Sequence record: NC_007021.1
Length of the DNA: 64,000 nucleotides
Origin: Staphylococcus phage Twort
Direction: 5' to 3' (one strand)
The position numbers and the translations under genes are program-made. Shown here piece by piece: positions 55,177 through 63,786 of the stretch (positions within the stretch are counted from its first letter, which is position 1; each line of letters opens with the position of its first letter). The notes beneath the pieces were generated by a model. That model searched no databases and was not told the DNA's origin. It worked only from the letters and a program-made list of their open reading frames with translations.

Positions 55177-55231
55177 AAGAATAATGTATCATAAATGTTT
55201 TACAAACTAATTACTTACATAATACAAATTA

Positions 55232-55777
55232 TTACAATAAACTATCTTTAGCTAGTATATCAATAGTGTCATGAACAAAGTCTAATTCCATATGTTCTTT
55301 AATTCCTCTAGATATGCCTGTGTAAATAATCTTATCTACTTTTGTGTAATCATTATCTAGAATATATTTAACATGATTAATAAAACTATCAAAAGGTACT
55401 TTTACTTCCCCATCTTTCATAAATATAAGAAGGTCACCCATAGGCAAATCCTCTGTTAATAAATTTAATTTTACTTGCTCCTCAATAGTAAATTCTACTT
55501 CTTCTAAATCACTTATATTAGGTACATGACGTAAGTTGTAGGTTTTACCATTTTTTGAACTAATTTTGGTAAAGAATCCAACAGCATTTTTATCTTTATA
55601 GTAAATTGCCATATAGTTACCACAGTTAGATTCTAAATAAACATCTAATTCTTCTGGTTTATAGTCAGAATAAACACATAGTGATGTACTTTCATTCTTT
55701 AAATATTCTGAAATTTGTTTTACATCGTTAGTAATAGTTTCTTTTGTAGTATACATATAAGGTTTCATAACAATCAT
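55232..55777 (-). CDS. hypothetical protein
   Basis: 181-aa ORF. Confidence 0.6.
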   Translation of the reverse strand: MIVMKPYMYTTKETITNDVKQISEYLKNESTSLCVYSDYKPEELDVYLESNCGNYMAIYYKDKNAVGFFTKISSKNGKTYNLRHVPNISDLEEVEFTIEEQVKLNLLTEDLPMGDLLIFMKDGEVKVPFDSFINHVKYILDNDYTKVDKIIYTGISRGIKEHMELDFVHDTIDILAKDSLL

Positions 55778-56199
55778 CCTTTTCCTATAGATTTTTTAGC
55801 AAGCTCATCAGCTAAATCATTAAATTTATCATTACTGTGAGCTTTAACTTTTTTAAACTCTATTTGAGTATATTTAGAGTATTCTCTTATTCTTTCTACA
55901 TATAATTGACTTAGCCAATTCCTAGCAACCCAAGAACCTTCATACCAGTTAATAAGACCTATGTAGTCTATATGAACAACAGCAACTTTGTATCCTAACT
56001 GTATAGCCTTTTCTAATGCATAGCATACAGCTAGTATTTCCCCTGATACATTATTAAATTTTGCTAGTTTTTCGTTAGATACGTTATTAGAAATTGTGTG
56101 TATGATTTTATTATCATCTAGTAATACTGCACCACAACCTACTTGTTTTTTCTTATAGTCACTGCTACCATCAGTATATATTGTTATTGTATTACTCAT
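55774..56199 (-). CDS. rnh: ribonuclease H
   Basis: IYTDGS, E..A...AL, and a C-terminal HSNDKFNDLADELAK segment in the RNase HI pattern. Confidence 0.8.
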   Translation of the reverse strand: MSNTITIYTDGSSDYKKKQVGCGAVLLDDNKIIHTISNNVSNEKLAKFNNVSGEILAVCYALEKAIQLGYKVAVVHIDYIGLINWYEGSWVARNWLSQLYVERIREYSKYTQIEFKKVKAHSNDKFNDLADELAKKSIGKG

Positions 56200-56381
56200 A
56201 CTTGTTTACCTTTGCATGAGAAGTAAGGATAGGAACAAGCACAATATACATTTTCTACAAACTTAATTACAGCTTTATCAAAGTCAAAACACTTATAACA
56301 AAACTCAAGAGCCTCATCTTCATTATCCGCTACAACTTTTACAATAAAGTCATCTAACTTAACTTCAAATAGATTTTTCAT
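56196..56381 (-). CDS. small Cys-rich protein
   Basis: 61-aa ORF with an ATGA overlap. Confidence 0.5.
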   Translation of the reverse strand: MKNLFEVKLDDFIVKVVADNEDEALEFCYKCFDFDKAVIKFVENVYCACSYPYFSCKGKQV

Positions 56382-56392
56382 AATATAACCCC

Positions 56393-56980
56393 TTACCCTA
56401 GAATAAATTTAATAACATCTAAAGGTGTTTCTAGTGTTTCTAATATAGAATACTCCGTATCTTCTAACTCCTCGATAAACTCCTCTATATCTATATCCAC
56501 TTCTTGTAGGTATTCTATAATTTCTTCATCTTCTTTGTACACTGATTTCATAGAGTTCCCAGATGATAAATCAAAAAGATTAGCTAAATTAACTAAATTA
56601 AATGCAATTTTAACATTATCTAAATCGTCTAAATGAGGATTGCTTTCTATAAAGTTATATAAGCAATCCTTAGTTTTTTCTGATAACATTAGGTCTAATA
56701 ACTCACTTTTTTCATCTCTCGTTGTTTTTTTACGAGTTAAAAATACCTCGTCAAATTCCACCAATCCATTTTTATTTGTATTTAGTAACTTGTCTAAAGC
56801 ACCAAACATGACAATCCTGTCATCAATATCATCTAATTTATTAATAATAGAAAGTATATCAAAGAAGTTATCTTCTCCTATTACTTTATAAATATCTTGT
56901 AATTCAAAAGTATCAATCAATTCTAACAGTTCTTCTAAATCACTAGGTGTTAAATATTTACTCATTATCATCCACCTCAA
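56393..56980 (-). CDS. hypothetical acidic protein
   Basis: 195-aa ORF; the start may be the Met at 56965. Confidence 0.6.
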   Translation of the reverse strand: MRWMIMSKYLTPSDLEELLELIDTFELQDIYKVIGEDNFFDILSIINKLDDIDDRIVMFGALDKLLNTNKNGLVEFDEVFLTRKKTTRDEKSELLDLMLSEKTKDCLYNFIESNPHLDDLDNVKIAFNLVNLANLFDLSSGNSMKSVYKEDEEIIEYLQEVDIDIEEFIEELEDTEYSILETLETPLDVIKFILG

Positions 56981-57170
56981 ATAAAATGTGACTTGGTGTT
57001 TCTAAGATTTTTTCTAAATTAATTTTATTACCACTTCTAGGTGTCTTAAGTCCTTGTTCCCAGTAACTAATAGTAGAGTAATTCACACCTAATTCTTTAG
57101 CAAGACTTCTTAAAGTATATCCTTTTTCAATTCTAATTCTTTGAAGTTTTAGCATTTGTTTTTCTTCCAT
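56958..57170 (-). CDS. XRE-family HTH transcriptional regulator
   Basis: LRSLAKELGVNYSTISYWEQG; a promoter lies at 57203-57231. Confidence 0.75.
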   Translation of the reverse strand: MEEKQMLKLQRIRIEKGYTLRSLAKELGVNYSTISYWEQGLKTPRSGNKINLEKILETPSHILFEVDDNE

Positions 57171-57202
57171 AACTATAACCCTTCCTTTCTAAATATATAA
57201 TT

Positions 57203-57231
57203 AGTATACATTATTTTAATAGGTATGTCAA
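57203..57231 (-). promoter_or_regulatory. sigma-70-type promoter on the minus strand (TTGACA-17-TATACT)
   Basis: Plus-strand TGTCAA at 57226-57231 and AGTATA at 57203-57208. Confidence 0.65.
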
Positions 57232-57233
57232 CA

Positions 57234-57458
57234 CTATTCTTCTCTAATATTTACAAATTTAAGGTTATCTTTATAGGCAATTTTAGAAAATACATGTTCA
57301 TCTGCCTTATGTTTAGCTCTAACCTTGTTAAGTTCTATAACCCTAATATAGAATGTTTCTTCTTTTCCTGTTGTGCTAGTATACTTATATGTTACTTTAT
57401 ATACTGAATTATTTTTACCTAATACCTTTTTATTAAACCATTTTTTAAATTTATTCAT
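57234..57458 (-). CDS. hypothetical basic protein (74 aa)
   Basis: The ORF track extends to 57512, but a TTGACA-17-TATAAT promoter at 57478-57506 lies inside that extension. The Met at 57458 follows AGGAGTG. Confidence 0.55.
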   Translation of the reverse strand: MNKFKKWFNKKVLGKNNSVYKVTYKYTSTTGKEETFYIRVIELNKVRAKHKADEHVFSKIAYKDNLKFVNIREE

Positions 57459-57477
57459 ATCATCACTCCTATAAGTA

Positions 57478-57506
57478 ATTATACCATAACAAAAAGGAGA
57501 TGTCAA
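57478..57506 (-). promoter_or_regulatory. sigma-70 consensus promoter on the minus strand (TTGACA-17-TATAAT)
   Basis: Plus-strand TGTCAA at 57501-57506 and ATTATA at 57478-57483. Confidence 0.65.
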
Positions 57507-57549
57507 CAACATCTTTTTATCTTTTTTTTGTGTTTTATTAAATACGTAC

Positions 57550-57578
57550 TTGACAATATAAAGAATACATTATACTAT
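57550..57578 (+). promoter_or_regulatory. sigma-70-type promoter (TTGACA-17-TACTAT)
   Basis: Upstream of RBS AAGGAGGAG and the ATG at 57601. Confidence 0.6.
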
Positions 57579-57600
57579 TATGTTAAGGAGGAGTAAAACA

Positions 57601-58128
57601 ATGAACTACAAATATTTAATTAAGTTAGTAGAAAAAGGAATTGCTAAAGAGATAGAAGGGGATGGTTACAAGAATTATTATGTTACAAAAAATGGGCGTG
57701 TTTATAGTTGCTCAAAGAAAAAGGGAAATAGCAAAGTAACAAAATTAACACCTCAAAAAAATAATAAAGGTTACTTGCGTATCCAAATTAATGGTAGAAG
57801 TAAACTTTTACATAGGTTAGTTGCTTTGTATTTTGTACCTAATATTAATAATTACGAAACAGTAGACCATATTGATGGTAATAAATTAAATAACAATCAT
57901 ACAAATTTACAATGGTGTACTAATTTAGAAAACATGAGGAATGCTAGAAAAAATGGACTATTTAAAGATACCCCATTAAGAAAATTAAGTAATAAAGAAG
58001 TAGTAGATATAAGGCATAGGTACAAAAATGAGGACATCACTCACCATGAACTTGCTGATGAGTATAATGTAAGCAGAGCAACAATAGGTGCAATAATTAG
58101 GAGACAATTATATAAAAATATACAATAA
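57601..58128 (+). CDS. HNH homing-endonuclease-like protein (HNH_3 / I-HmuI-like)
   Basis: GYLRIQINGRSKLLHRLVALYFVPN...VDHIDGNKLNNNHTNLQW.TNLEN. The ORF track starts at 57580, inside the promoter. Confidence 0.8.
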   Translation: MNYKYLIKLVEKGIAKEIEGDGYKNYYVTKNGRVYSCSKKKGNSKVTKLTPQKNNKGYLRIQINGRSKLLHRLVALYFVPNINNYETVDHIDGNKLNNNHTNLQWCTNLENMRNARKNGLFKDTPLRKLSNKEVVDIRHRYKNEDITHHELADEYNVSRATIGAIIRRQLYKNIQ

Positions 58129-58155
58129 AAAGAAGGCAATTATGCCTTCTTTTTA

Positions 58156-59562
58156 TTAATATATATCTCCCCATAGCTGACCCATAATGTCTGTGTTTTT
58201 ATCCCATGTTCTTACAGGCATCCAAACATCTTGACCTCCATTAGTAGTCCAACTAATCCATACATAACCATCTTGCTTACAAACCGTATCATAAGTTACA
58301 GATTGACCATAATATAGTACTCCTGCTTGAGGACACGTAGTAAAAGGTCCAGTATATCGTGTAACGATACCTTGACGTGCTGTACACTTAAACGTAGCGC
58401 TCTCGGATTTATAGTAAGTACCATAATTATTAACGTTCCATCCACTTGTACTTGACTGCTTAACTGGTTTTGTTTTGGCTTTTTGATTTACTACTGTTGG
58501 TACTGGTGTTTTACCTTCATAATACATTTTAATTTGTTTAATAAAATATTCTTTAAGTTTTTCTATATCAGCCTGAGTGATAGAAGTTTTAGTAGGGTCT
58601 TTACCTACATGCAACTTCATAGAGCGATGAGGACATGCAGTTTGGTAATATTCCATATGTAGTCGTACTGTATTTTTATCTGGCTTTAGTCCCCATTTTT
58701 TAAGCATACGTGATGCCTCATAAAACGCTGTTTGTTCATTTTTAAGAAATTGCTCATCAGATGCAGTCATTGATTGGCATATTTCAATACCATAAAGGTT
58801 TTTATTTCCCCACTGATTAGCACAATGCCAAGCTATACGACTTTCTCCTAAGGCTTGCCATACTTGACCTTCAGAAATATATGAGTGAGCTATACCTTGA
58901 GCCCATCGGTTATATCCCGCATTTTGCAAATTATTTTTATACTGTAATCCTGTCATACTTCCAGCATCGTTGTGTAAAATTACACCTACAGGATTATATC
59001 CTCGTTTAACCATATTGTAATTAATATTAGTTCTATCATATACAATTTTATCTTTATTTATTCCATCTCTATTTGATGGTTTTGGTTTTTTCTTTGTATC
59101 TTTCTTTTTTACACTTGATTCAGTAGCAAAGTTAGGTCTAATAAAATGTGTAATTCCTGTGTAATCGTGTGTTCTGATTGTAGCTAACTCGGTTTTATAA
59201 ATCCCGTTACCGTTCCAGTTTTGTTCAAGAACTGTAACATATTGAAGGTCTCCATAAGGGTCAGGGTTAGTAACTATTGCGATATGACCATAAGTTGCAA
59301 AATTACCAGTAGTCCATACGACTACATCACCGTACTTAGGTCTAAAAGCAGGGTAGTTTTTATATACCGTAGCAGTACCACCAAAAGAGTTATTTATCGC
59401 ATCCTTAGCATTACCCCACATTCTTATTTTACCATCTGTTACATGGTAAATATAATCTACTGCTAAGTCCATACACTGATACCCATATAAACCATCAAAA
59501 TCAGTTCCTGTATTTACTTTACTCTTAATGTAGGACTCTGCTTGTTTCAGGGTTTTCATCAA
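58156..59562 (-). CDS. plyTW: endolysin: CHAP peptidase + amidase_2 + SH3b (matches the Twort endolysin PlyTW from memory)
   Basis: N-terminal CHAP domain (active-site Cys in GYQCMD; His in YGHIAIV). Central N-acetylmuramoyl-L-alanine amidase. C-terminal SH3b-like domain. Overlaps the holin. Confidence 0.85.
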   Translation of the reverse strand: MMKTLKQAESYIKSKVNTGTDFDGLYGYQCMDLAVDYIYHVTDGKIRMWGNAKDAINNSFGGTATVYKNYPAFRPKYGDVVVWTTGNFATYGHIAIVTNPDPYGDLQYVTVLEQNWNGNGIYKTELATIRTHDYTGITHFIRPNFATESSVKKKDTKKKPKPSNRDGINKDKIVYDRTNINYNMVKRGYNPVGVILHNDAGSMTGLQYKNNLQNAGYNRWAQGIAHSYISEGQVWQALGESRIAWHCANQWGNKNLYGIEICQSMTASDEQFLKNEQTAFYEASRMLKKWGLKPDKNTVRLHMEYYQTACPHRSMKLHVGKDPTKTSITQADIEKLKEYFIKQIKMYYEGKTPVPTVVNQKAKTKPVKQSSTSGWNVNNYGTYYKSESATFKCTARQGIVTRYTGPFTTCPQAGVLYYGQSVTYDTVCKQDGYVWISWTTNGGQDVWMPVRTWDKNTDIMGQLWGDIY

Positions 59563-60082
59563 TAACTCCCTCCTCTTTAGTGTCTATATTTTTAGTCGTA
59601 TCTACTGTCTCATCCCAGTTGACACCATAAGGTTTAGCTTGGTCTTTAAAAGGCTCTTCGTCCGCATCATATACATGAGGGTCTACATCTGAAAAGTCTT
59701 CATCAGTACCATATTCCTTAGGAGTTTTAGTATTGTCAACCACATTGTCCTCAACTTTATTATGTTCCCAAGTCAATGCTTTTTCTGGGTCTTTAGAATC
59801 ACGTGGTTCATGGTAATCTGTTTGAACAATAACACTATCTTTAATACCTTTAGTATTGTTATCTACTAAAATACCTAAACCTGCAAGCAGTGTTAAGATA
59901 GAACCAACAATATTAACACCTTGCTCTACTTGACTAGAATAGTCTAAACCAAAAGCACCTGTTAATTGATTGGTAAATACTGCTAGTGCAGATACAGTAG
60001 CTACCCAAAACGTTTTACTTTTAAAACGGGTACTTAAGTTAATTCCACCAACAACTGTAGGTGTTTTATCTTTTTTATCCAA
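59525..60082 (-). CDS. holTW: holin (matches Twort HolTW from memory, 185 aa)
   Basis: N-terminal TM segments (FWVATVSALAVFTNQL; VNIVGSILTLLAGLGILV) and a charged C-terminus. Directly upstream of the endolysin and overlapping it. Confidence 0.8.
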   Translation of the reverse strand: MDKKDKTPTVVGGINLSTRFKSKTFWVATVSALAVFTNQLTGAFGLDYSSQVEQGVNIVGSILTLLAGLGILVDNNTKGIKDSVIVQTDYHEPRDSKDPEKALTWEHNKVEDNVVDNTKTPKEYGTDEDFSDVDPHVYDADEEPFKDQAKPYGVNWDETVDTTKNIDTKEEGVIDENPETSRVLH

Positions 60083-60097
60083 AATAAAAAACGCCCT

Positions 60098-60135
60098 TTC
60101 TTGTTATATTTTTTACATTTCTAATATAACAAGAT
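60098..60135. promoter_or_regulatory. 11-bp perfect inverted repeat CTTGTTATATT-N16-AATATAACAAG upstream of the holin
   Basis: Seen directly, between the small ORF 60157..60336 and the holin start. Confidence 0.5.
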
Positions 60136-60156
60136 TAGACGTTTTAATTATATATT

Positions 60157-60336
60157 AAAGTTCTTTTAATGTATTAATAACTTGAGACATTTGTTTATTA
60201 TCTAGGTCTTCTAGTTTTGTTTCTGGTAATAGTTCTAGCTTTTCCCATAATTCTTCTTTAGTAGATAGCTTATCTTCTAGTAATGCTTTACCTACTAAAC
60301 TTTGAGTAAAATAAATTTGTTTTTGACTAGCCATAA
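60157..60336 (-). CDS. small protein (59 aa); absent from the ORF track
   Basis: MASQKQIYFTQSLVGKALLEDKLSTKEELWEKLELLPETKLEDLDNKQMSQVINTLKEL. No clear RBS; the nearest upstream purine-rich run (AGGAAATGA) abuts the ATG with only 2-3 nt of spacing. Confidence 0.4.
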
Positions 60337-60458
60337 ATAATCATTTCCTTTTTATTAAAATATAGTCATTGCGTACTATCATAAAATCAGGAGGGTTTTA
60401 ATGAAAGAAAGGAGAAATATATGAAAAAATTCTTCCGCAATGACTATAATATTGTAAG

Positions 60459-60994
60459 TTAATACAATTAAATATCATAACATAGCCGTTCTCACACGGA
60501 ACTATGTATAAAGAAATATTGTTAGGTTACCTAGTTCTAGTAAGTTCTATACGGGAGCGACCTCGTAGTCCACTTACAGAAGCATAAGCAATATAGGGGT
60601 AGGGTCTATTACCTACCAACGTTCACACGGTACGAAGAATTAGCCTAACCAAATGTATATATAATATTGATTGTTTATCTTTATTGTAGATTTGTGCTAC
60701 TTGTACTGGTATCATTCATTATCAAACATGTTTCCATGCTCCAACTACAAAAGTGCTTTAGTAGTGTACTTATATAGGAAACCACTAAATTCCCATATAA
60801 GGATTACACCTGACGGATACCATACCTTATATCCCTTTATACATAGAGCTGAACAATCCACCTCGTATTCAATAATACTCAAAGGGTATTTCCTAAGTTC
60901 TCACGTAGGTTTAATACCCTGTGACATTTTCACACTTTACAGCCACCACACTGTTAAACTTCAGTCACTATGTTATGATATTTAATTGTATTAA
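60459..60994. mobile_element. 536-bp non-coding element with perfect 27-bp terminal inverted repeats and 8-bp flanking direct repeats (MITE-like)
   Basis: TIR TTAATACAATTAAATATCATAACATAG at 60459-60485, and its reverse complement at 60968-60994. Flanks ATTGTAAG (60451-60458) and GTTGTAAG (60995-61002). Confidence 0.6.
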
Positions 60995-61118
60995 GTTGTA
61001 AGTATAATATAACACACTTCTAAAACTCAGTCAAGAAAAATCAAAAACTTTTTATAATTTTTTTATACTAGGGTAAAAAAGTAGTAAAAAGACCTAGTTG
61101 TGTAAGGGGTCATTTATT

Positions 61119-61136
61119 TATATATATATATATATA
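61119..61136. repeat. (TA)9 microsatellite
   Basis: tatatatatatatatata. Confidence 0.9.
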
Positions 61137-61283
61137 AAGTATAACATAAATAAAATCCTGTGTCAAGTTAATTTAATAATTTTTTTGAATTTATTAAATT
61201 TTGTTTTTCTAGTTTGTAAGGGTAACCACATTTGTGATGTCCTTATTTCTTATTTTAACTTAAATAGGTAAAGTCAGAACTTT

Positions 61284-61508
61284 CTACTTATTTTGTAATT
61301 CTTCTTGAAGTGAGTCCCAATATTTTTCAGCATCACTTCTATTATCCTCTACATGAGCAGTGATTTTATTACATTTGACACAATGCATATGTTTAATATG
61401 CCCTTCTTCTCTTCTTTTTGCTCTTTTTCTTGGTAATTTAAAACTTGAACCACATTCTTCACATACTAAATTTGAGATTACATAAACTTGCTTTTTCATT
61501 TTTATCAA
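61284..61508 (-). CDS. zinc-ribbon protein
   Basis: CEEC...HMHCVKC. Confidence 0.55.
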   Translation of the reverse strand: MIKMKKQVYVISNLVCEECGSSFKLPRKRAKRREEGHIKHMHCVKCNKITAHVEDNRSDAEKYWDSLQEELQNK

Positions 61509-61633
61509 TTCCTTTTCTATTTATTTGTTAACCTTAGTTTATCTTACCTAGTTCTGAAAGTCAATACTTTTTGATAAATTTCTGTTATACTTTTTGATAA
61601 ATCCTTTAATACCAAGGGTTACAATAAGAAAAA

Positions 61634-61756
61634 AACATGTTTGGAAAATAAGAACCTCTCTTAATATATATATATAACTAATACTAATACTAATAATAAT
61701 AATACTAATACTAATACTAATATATATAAGGGGAACCTTAATTTTCCAAACATGTT
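61634..61756. repeat. 16-bp inverted repeat AACATGTTTGGAAAAT / ATTTTCCAAACATGTT enclosing a (TA)n / (TAATAC)n microsatellite
   Basis: Arms at 61634-61649 and 61741-61756. The loop holds (TA)6 and roughly eight TAATAC/TAATAA units (61661-61728). Confidence 0.8.
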
Positions 61757-61833
61757 AAAAAATAGCTGTAACCATTGATACTAAAGGGTTTAGTAAAAAT
61801 TACATATAAAAAAGACTAACTTTTCAGCTAGTC

Positions 61834-62037
61834 TTAATAAAACAATTTGAAACTTTCAATTCTATTTGGATTTATATAAATTCTACCAGATGTTAAACTA
61901 TTTTCAGTATAAACTTTAAATAACCTTGCACTAGACATATATGCATTTAAATCAGTATCATAAACTGGGTTATCTTCAGTACCAATTAAAAAATACTTTT
62001 TACCACTTGCCATTGTTATTTCAACATACTTAATCAA
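61834..62037 (-). CDS. hypothetical protein
   Basis: 67-aa ORF with RBS AGGAGGAATA. Confidence 0.5.
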   Translation of the reverse strand: MIKYVEITMASGKKYFLIGTEDNPVYDTDLNAYMSSARLFKVYTENSLTSGRIYINPNRIESFKLFY

Positions 62038-62055
62038 TATGTATTCCTCCTAAAC

Positions 62056-62388
62056 CTAAGTAAACTTATTAAATACAAAAGATACAATAGCACCAAGTAC
62101 AAGTAACAACACTTTCTCAACTCTTTCACTTTTCTTATCATCTTTGTCTTTTGTACTTTCAGCTAACTCTTTTACTTTTTCATCTAATGATTCTAACTGT
62201 ATATAAATAGGTGTCTGTCTTTCAACATTAACTGCTAAGTCTTTATCTAGAGTAGCAACTATACTCTTCAATTCATCAACTTCATCTTCTAACTTCTTAA
62301 ATGTATCACTGTCAATATACCCTTTTTCTTGTATTGTATTGCTTATTGATTCAACTTTTTTAAATAGTTCATCTACATTATTTGTCAA
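62056..62388 (-). CDS. coiled-coil protein with a C-terminal TM anchor
   Basis: 110-aa ORF. Confidence 0.55.
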   Translation of the reverse strand: MTNNVDELFKKVESISNTIQEKGYIDSDTFKKLEDEVDELKSIVATLDKDLAVNVERQTPIYIQLESLDEKVKELAESTKDKDDKKSERVEKVLLLVLGAIVSFVFNKFT

Positions 62389-62401
62389 TGTAAATCACCA
62401 C

Positions 62402-62722
62402 TTAATGGTAGGCCGACTCAGAATATACATCAAAGTTATCTATAAACTTATCAATAATCTGGGTATAATTTTTAGTAATAATCTTTCCATACGAAGTTTT
62501 TATGTCAATCTCGAAATCTATAGCACCAAACTCTTGAAGGTCTATACGGCACTTAACTTTACTAGGGTCATTACATGGTAAGTAAGAGTAATCAAAAGAT
62601 ATAATAGAACCATTAGTCAAAAGTCTGTTTATTCTATACATGTGAAAAGTATCCCTATCTCTTTTAAAGTGAGTTAAGGCATCTTTAAATTCAACTTTTA
62701 GAATATCTTTATGCTTAGTCAA
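62402..62722 (-). CDS. hypothetical protein
   Basis: 106-aa ORF with RBS AAGGAGGTTCG. Confidence 0.6.
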   Translation of the reverse strand: MTKHKDILKVEFKDALTHFKRDRDTFHMYRINRLLTNGSIISFDYSYLPCNDPSKVKCRIDLQEFGAIDFEIDIKTSYGKIITKNYTQIIDKFIDNFDVYSESAYH

Positions 62723-62787
62723 TTTTATACCGAACCTCCTTTATTTTTTTAATAAAAAACTTGCATACATTAAGGATTTATGGTATA

Positions 62788-63072
62788 CTATTTAGTGAGT
62801 AAAGTAGCCACCACTACTATTAATGTATAAAGAAAAACACCTATAAAATTCCCTAAATAAAAAATATAGATACCTAAAATTAAAATACAATACATAGCAA
62901 AAATAATAAGTACTTGATACCTAATACCTAAACTATATATAATATTATTAATTAACTTTTGAGTAACTATACTTACACCAACTAGTATAATACTGAAAGC
63001 TACCAGTACGATACATATTTCAATTATAGTTACCAACATATTGTCACCTATTACTTCATGAATATCATTCAA
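62788..63072 (-). CDS. small membrane protein (3 TM segments)
   Basis: Hydrophobic 94-aa ORF. Confidence 0.55.
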   Translation of the reverse strand: MNDIHEVIGDNMLVTIIEICIVLVAFSIILVGVSIVTQKLINNIIYSLGIRYQVLIIFAMYCILILGIYIFYLGNFIGVFLYTLIVVVATLLTK

Positions 63073-63158
63073 AACTTAATATAACATAGAATGACAACAT
63101 TGTATTATATTAATATAGTGAACAACTATGCCTTAAAGCAAGGGGTGGAGATAAAAGT

Positions 63159-63533
63159 TTGAAACGGAAACTAGAAAAGTTAGATAGTATTGTAAAACGT
63201 ATACTAATTTTAGTAATATCAACTTTAGTAATATTATCTATAGTCAATGTATTGTCACTTATATTCGAGATGAGACCTAATGTTGTAATGATTTACTTTA
63301 TGTTTGGTGCTATAATATCTTACGTAGCTTTAACGTACTATGATAAGTTTATACAAAGAAAAGAAGACCCTTTACCAGATTATATATTAAAAGAAGTTCA
63401 AGTAATTAAGAATGAGGTAGATGTTCTTCAGGAGATGTTATCAGAAGAGCAAGGAACTACAAAAGAAGAAGTAAAAGTAAGAGCAAAAGCAAGACGAAAG
63501 GTTAACCATGAAAAAGCACGAAGTAAAAGATAA
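63159..63533 (+). CDS. membrane protein with a basic C-terminal tail
   Basis: TTG start in the ORF track; two TM segments. Confidence 0.5.
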   Translation: MKRKLEKLDSIVKRILILVISTLVILSIVNVLSLIFEMRPNVVMIYFMFGAIISYVALTYYDKFIQRKEDPLPDYILKEVQVIKNEVDVLQEMLSEEQGTTKEEVKVRAKARRKVNHEKARSKR

Positions 63534-63786
63534 ACGTAGACTTGTTAAGAAGAATGGAACCAAAGTAACTGTTATTAATAAGAATGATAAGAGGATTACA
63601 AGCCCTAGTCGTATATGTTGTATATGCGGTGAACAATTGTCAAAAATAAATTATAGTAATGGTACTGTACTTGCAAAAGAAGACCACATACATATACAAT
63701 ACGGAAGTCTTGTATACTTAGATATGTGTAAGAACGTATCTAACTGCTATAAGAACCTTAAAGAAAGGGGTGAGCTTGATGAGTAG
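63508..63786 (+). CDS. zinc-ribbon protein
   Basis: CCICGEQL...C..C. Confidence 0.5.
   Translation: MKKHEVKDKRRLVKKNGTKVTVINKNDKRITSPSRICCICGEQLSKINYSNGTVLAKEDHIHIQYGSLVYLDMCKNVSNCYKNLKERGELDE

Noticed and set aside
60671-60985. 104-aa ORF inside the TIR-bounded element
   Set aside because: The translation is protein-unlike (MFIFIVDLCYLYWYHSLSNMFPCSNYKS...), there is no RBS, and the ORF lies wholly inside a non-coding element. It is probably a chance open frame.
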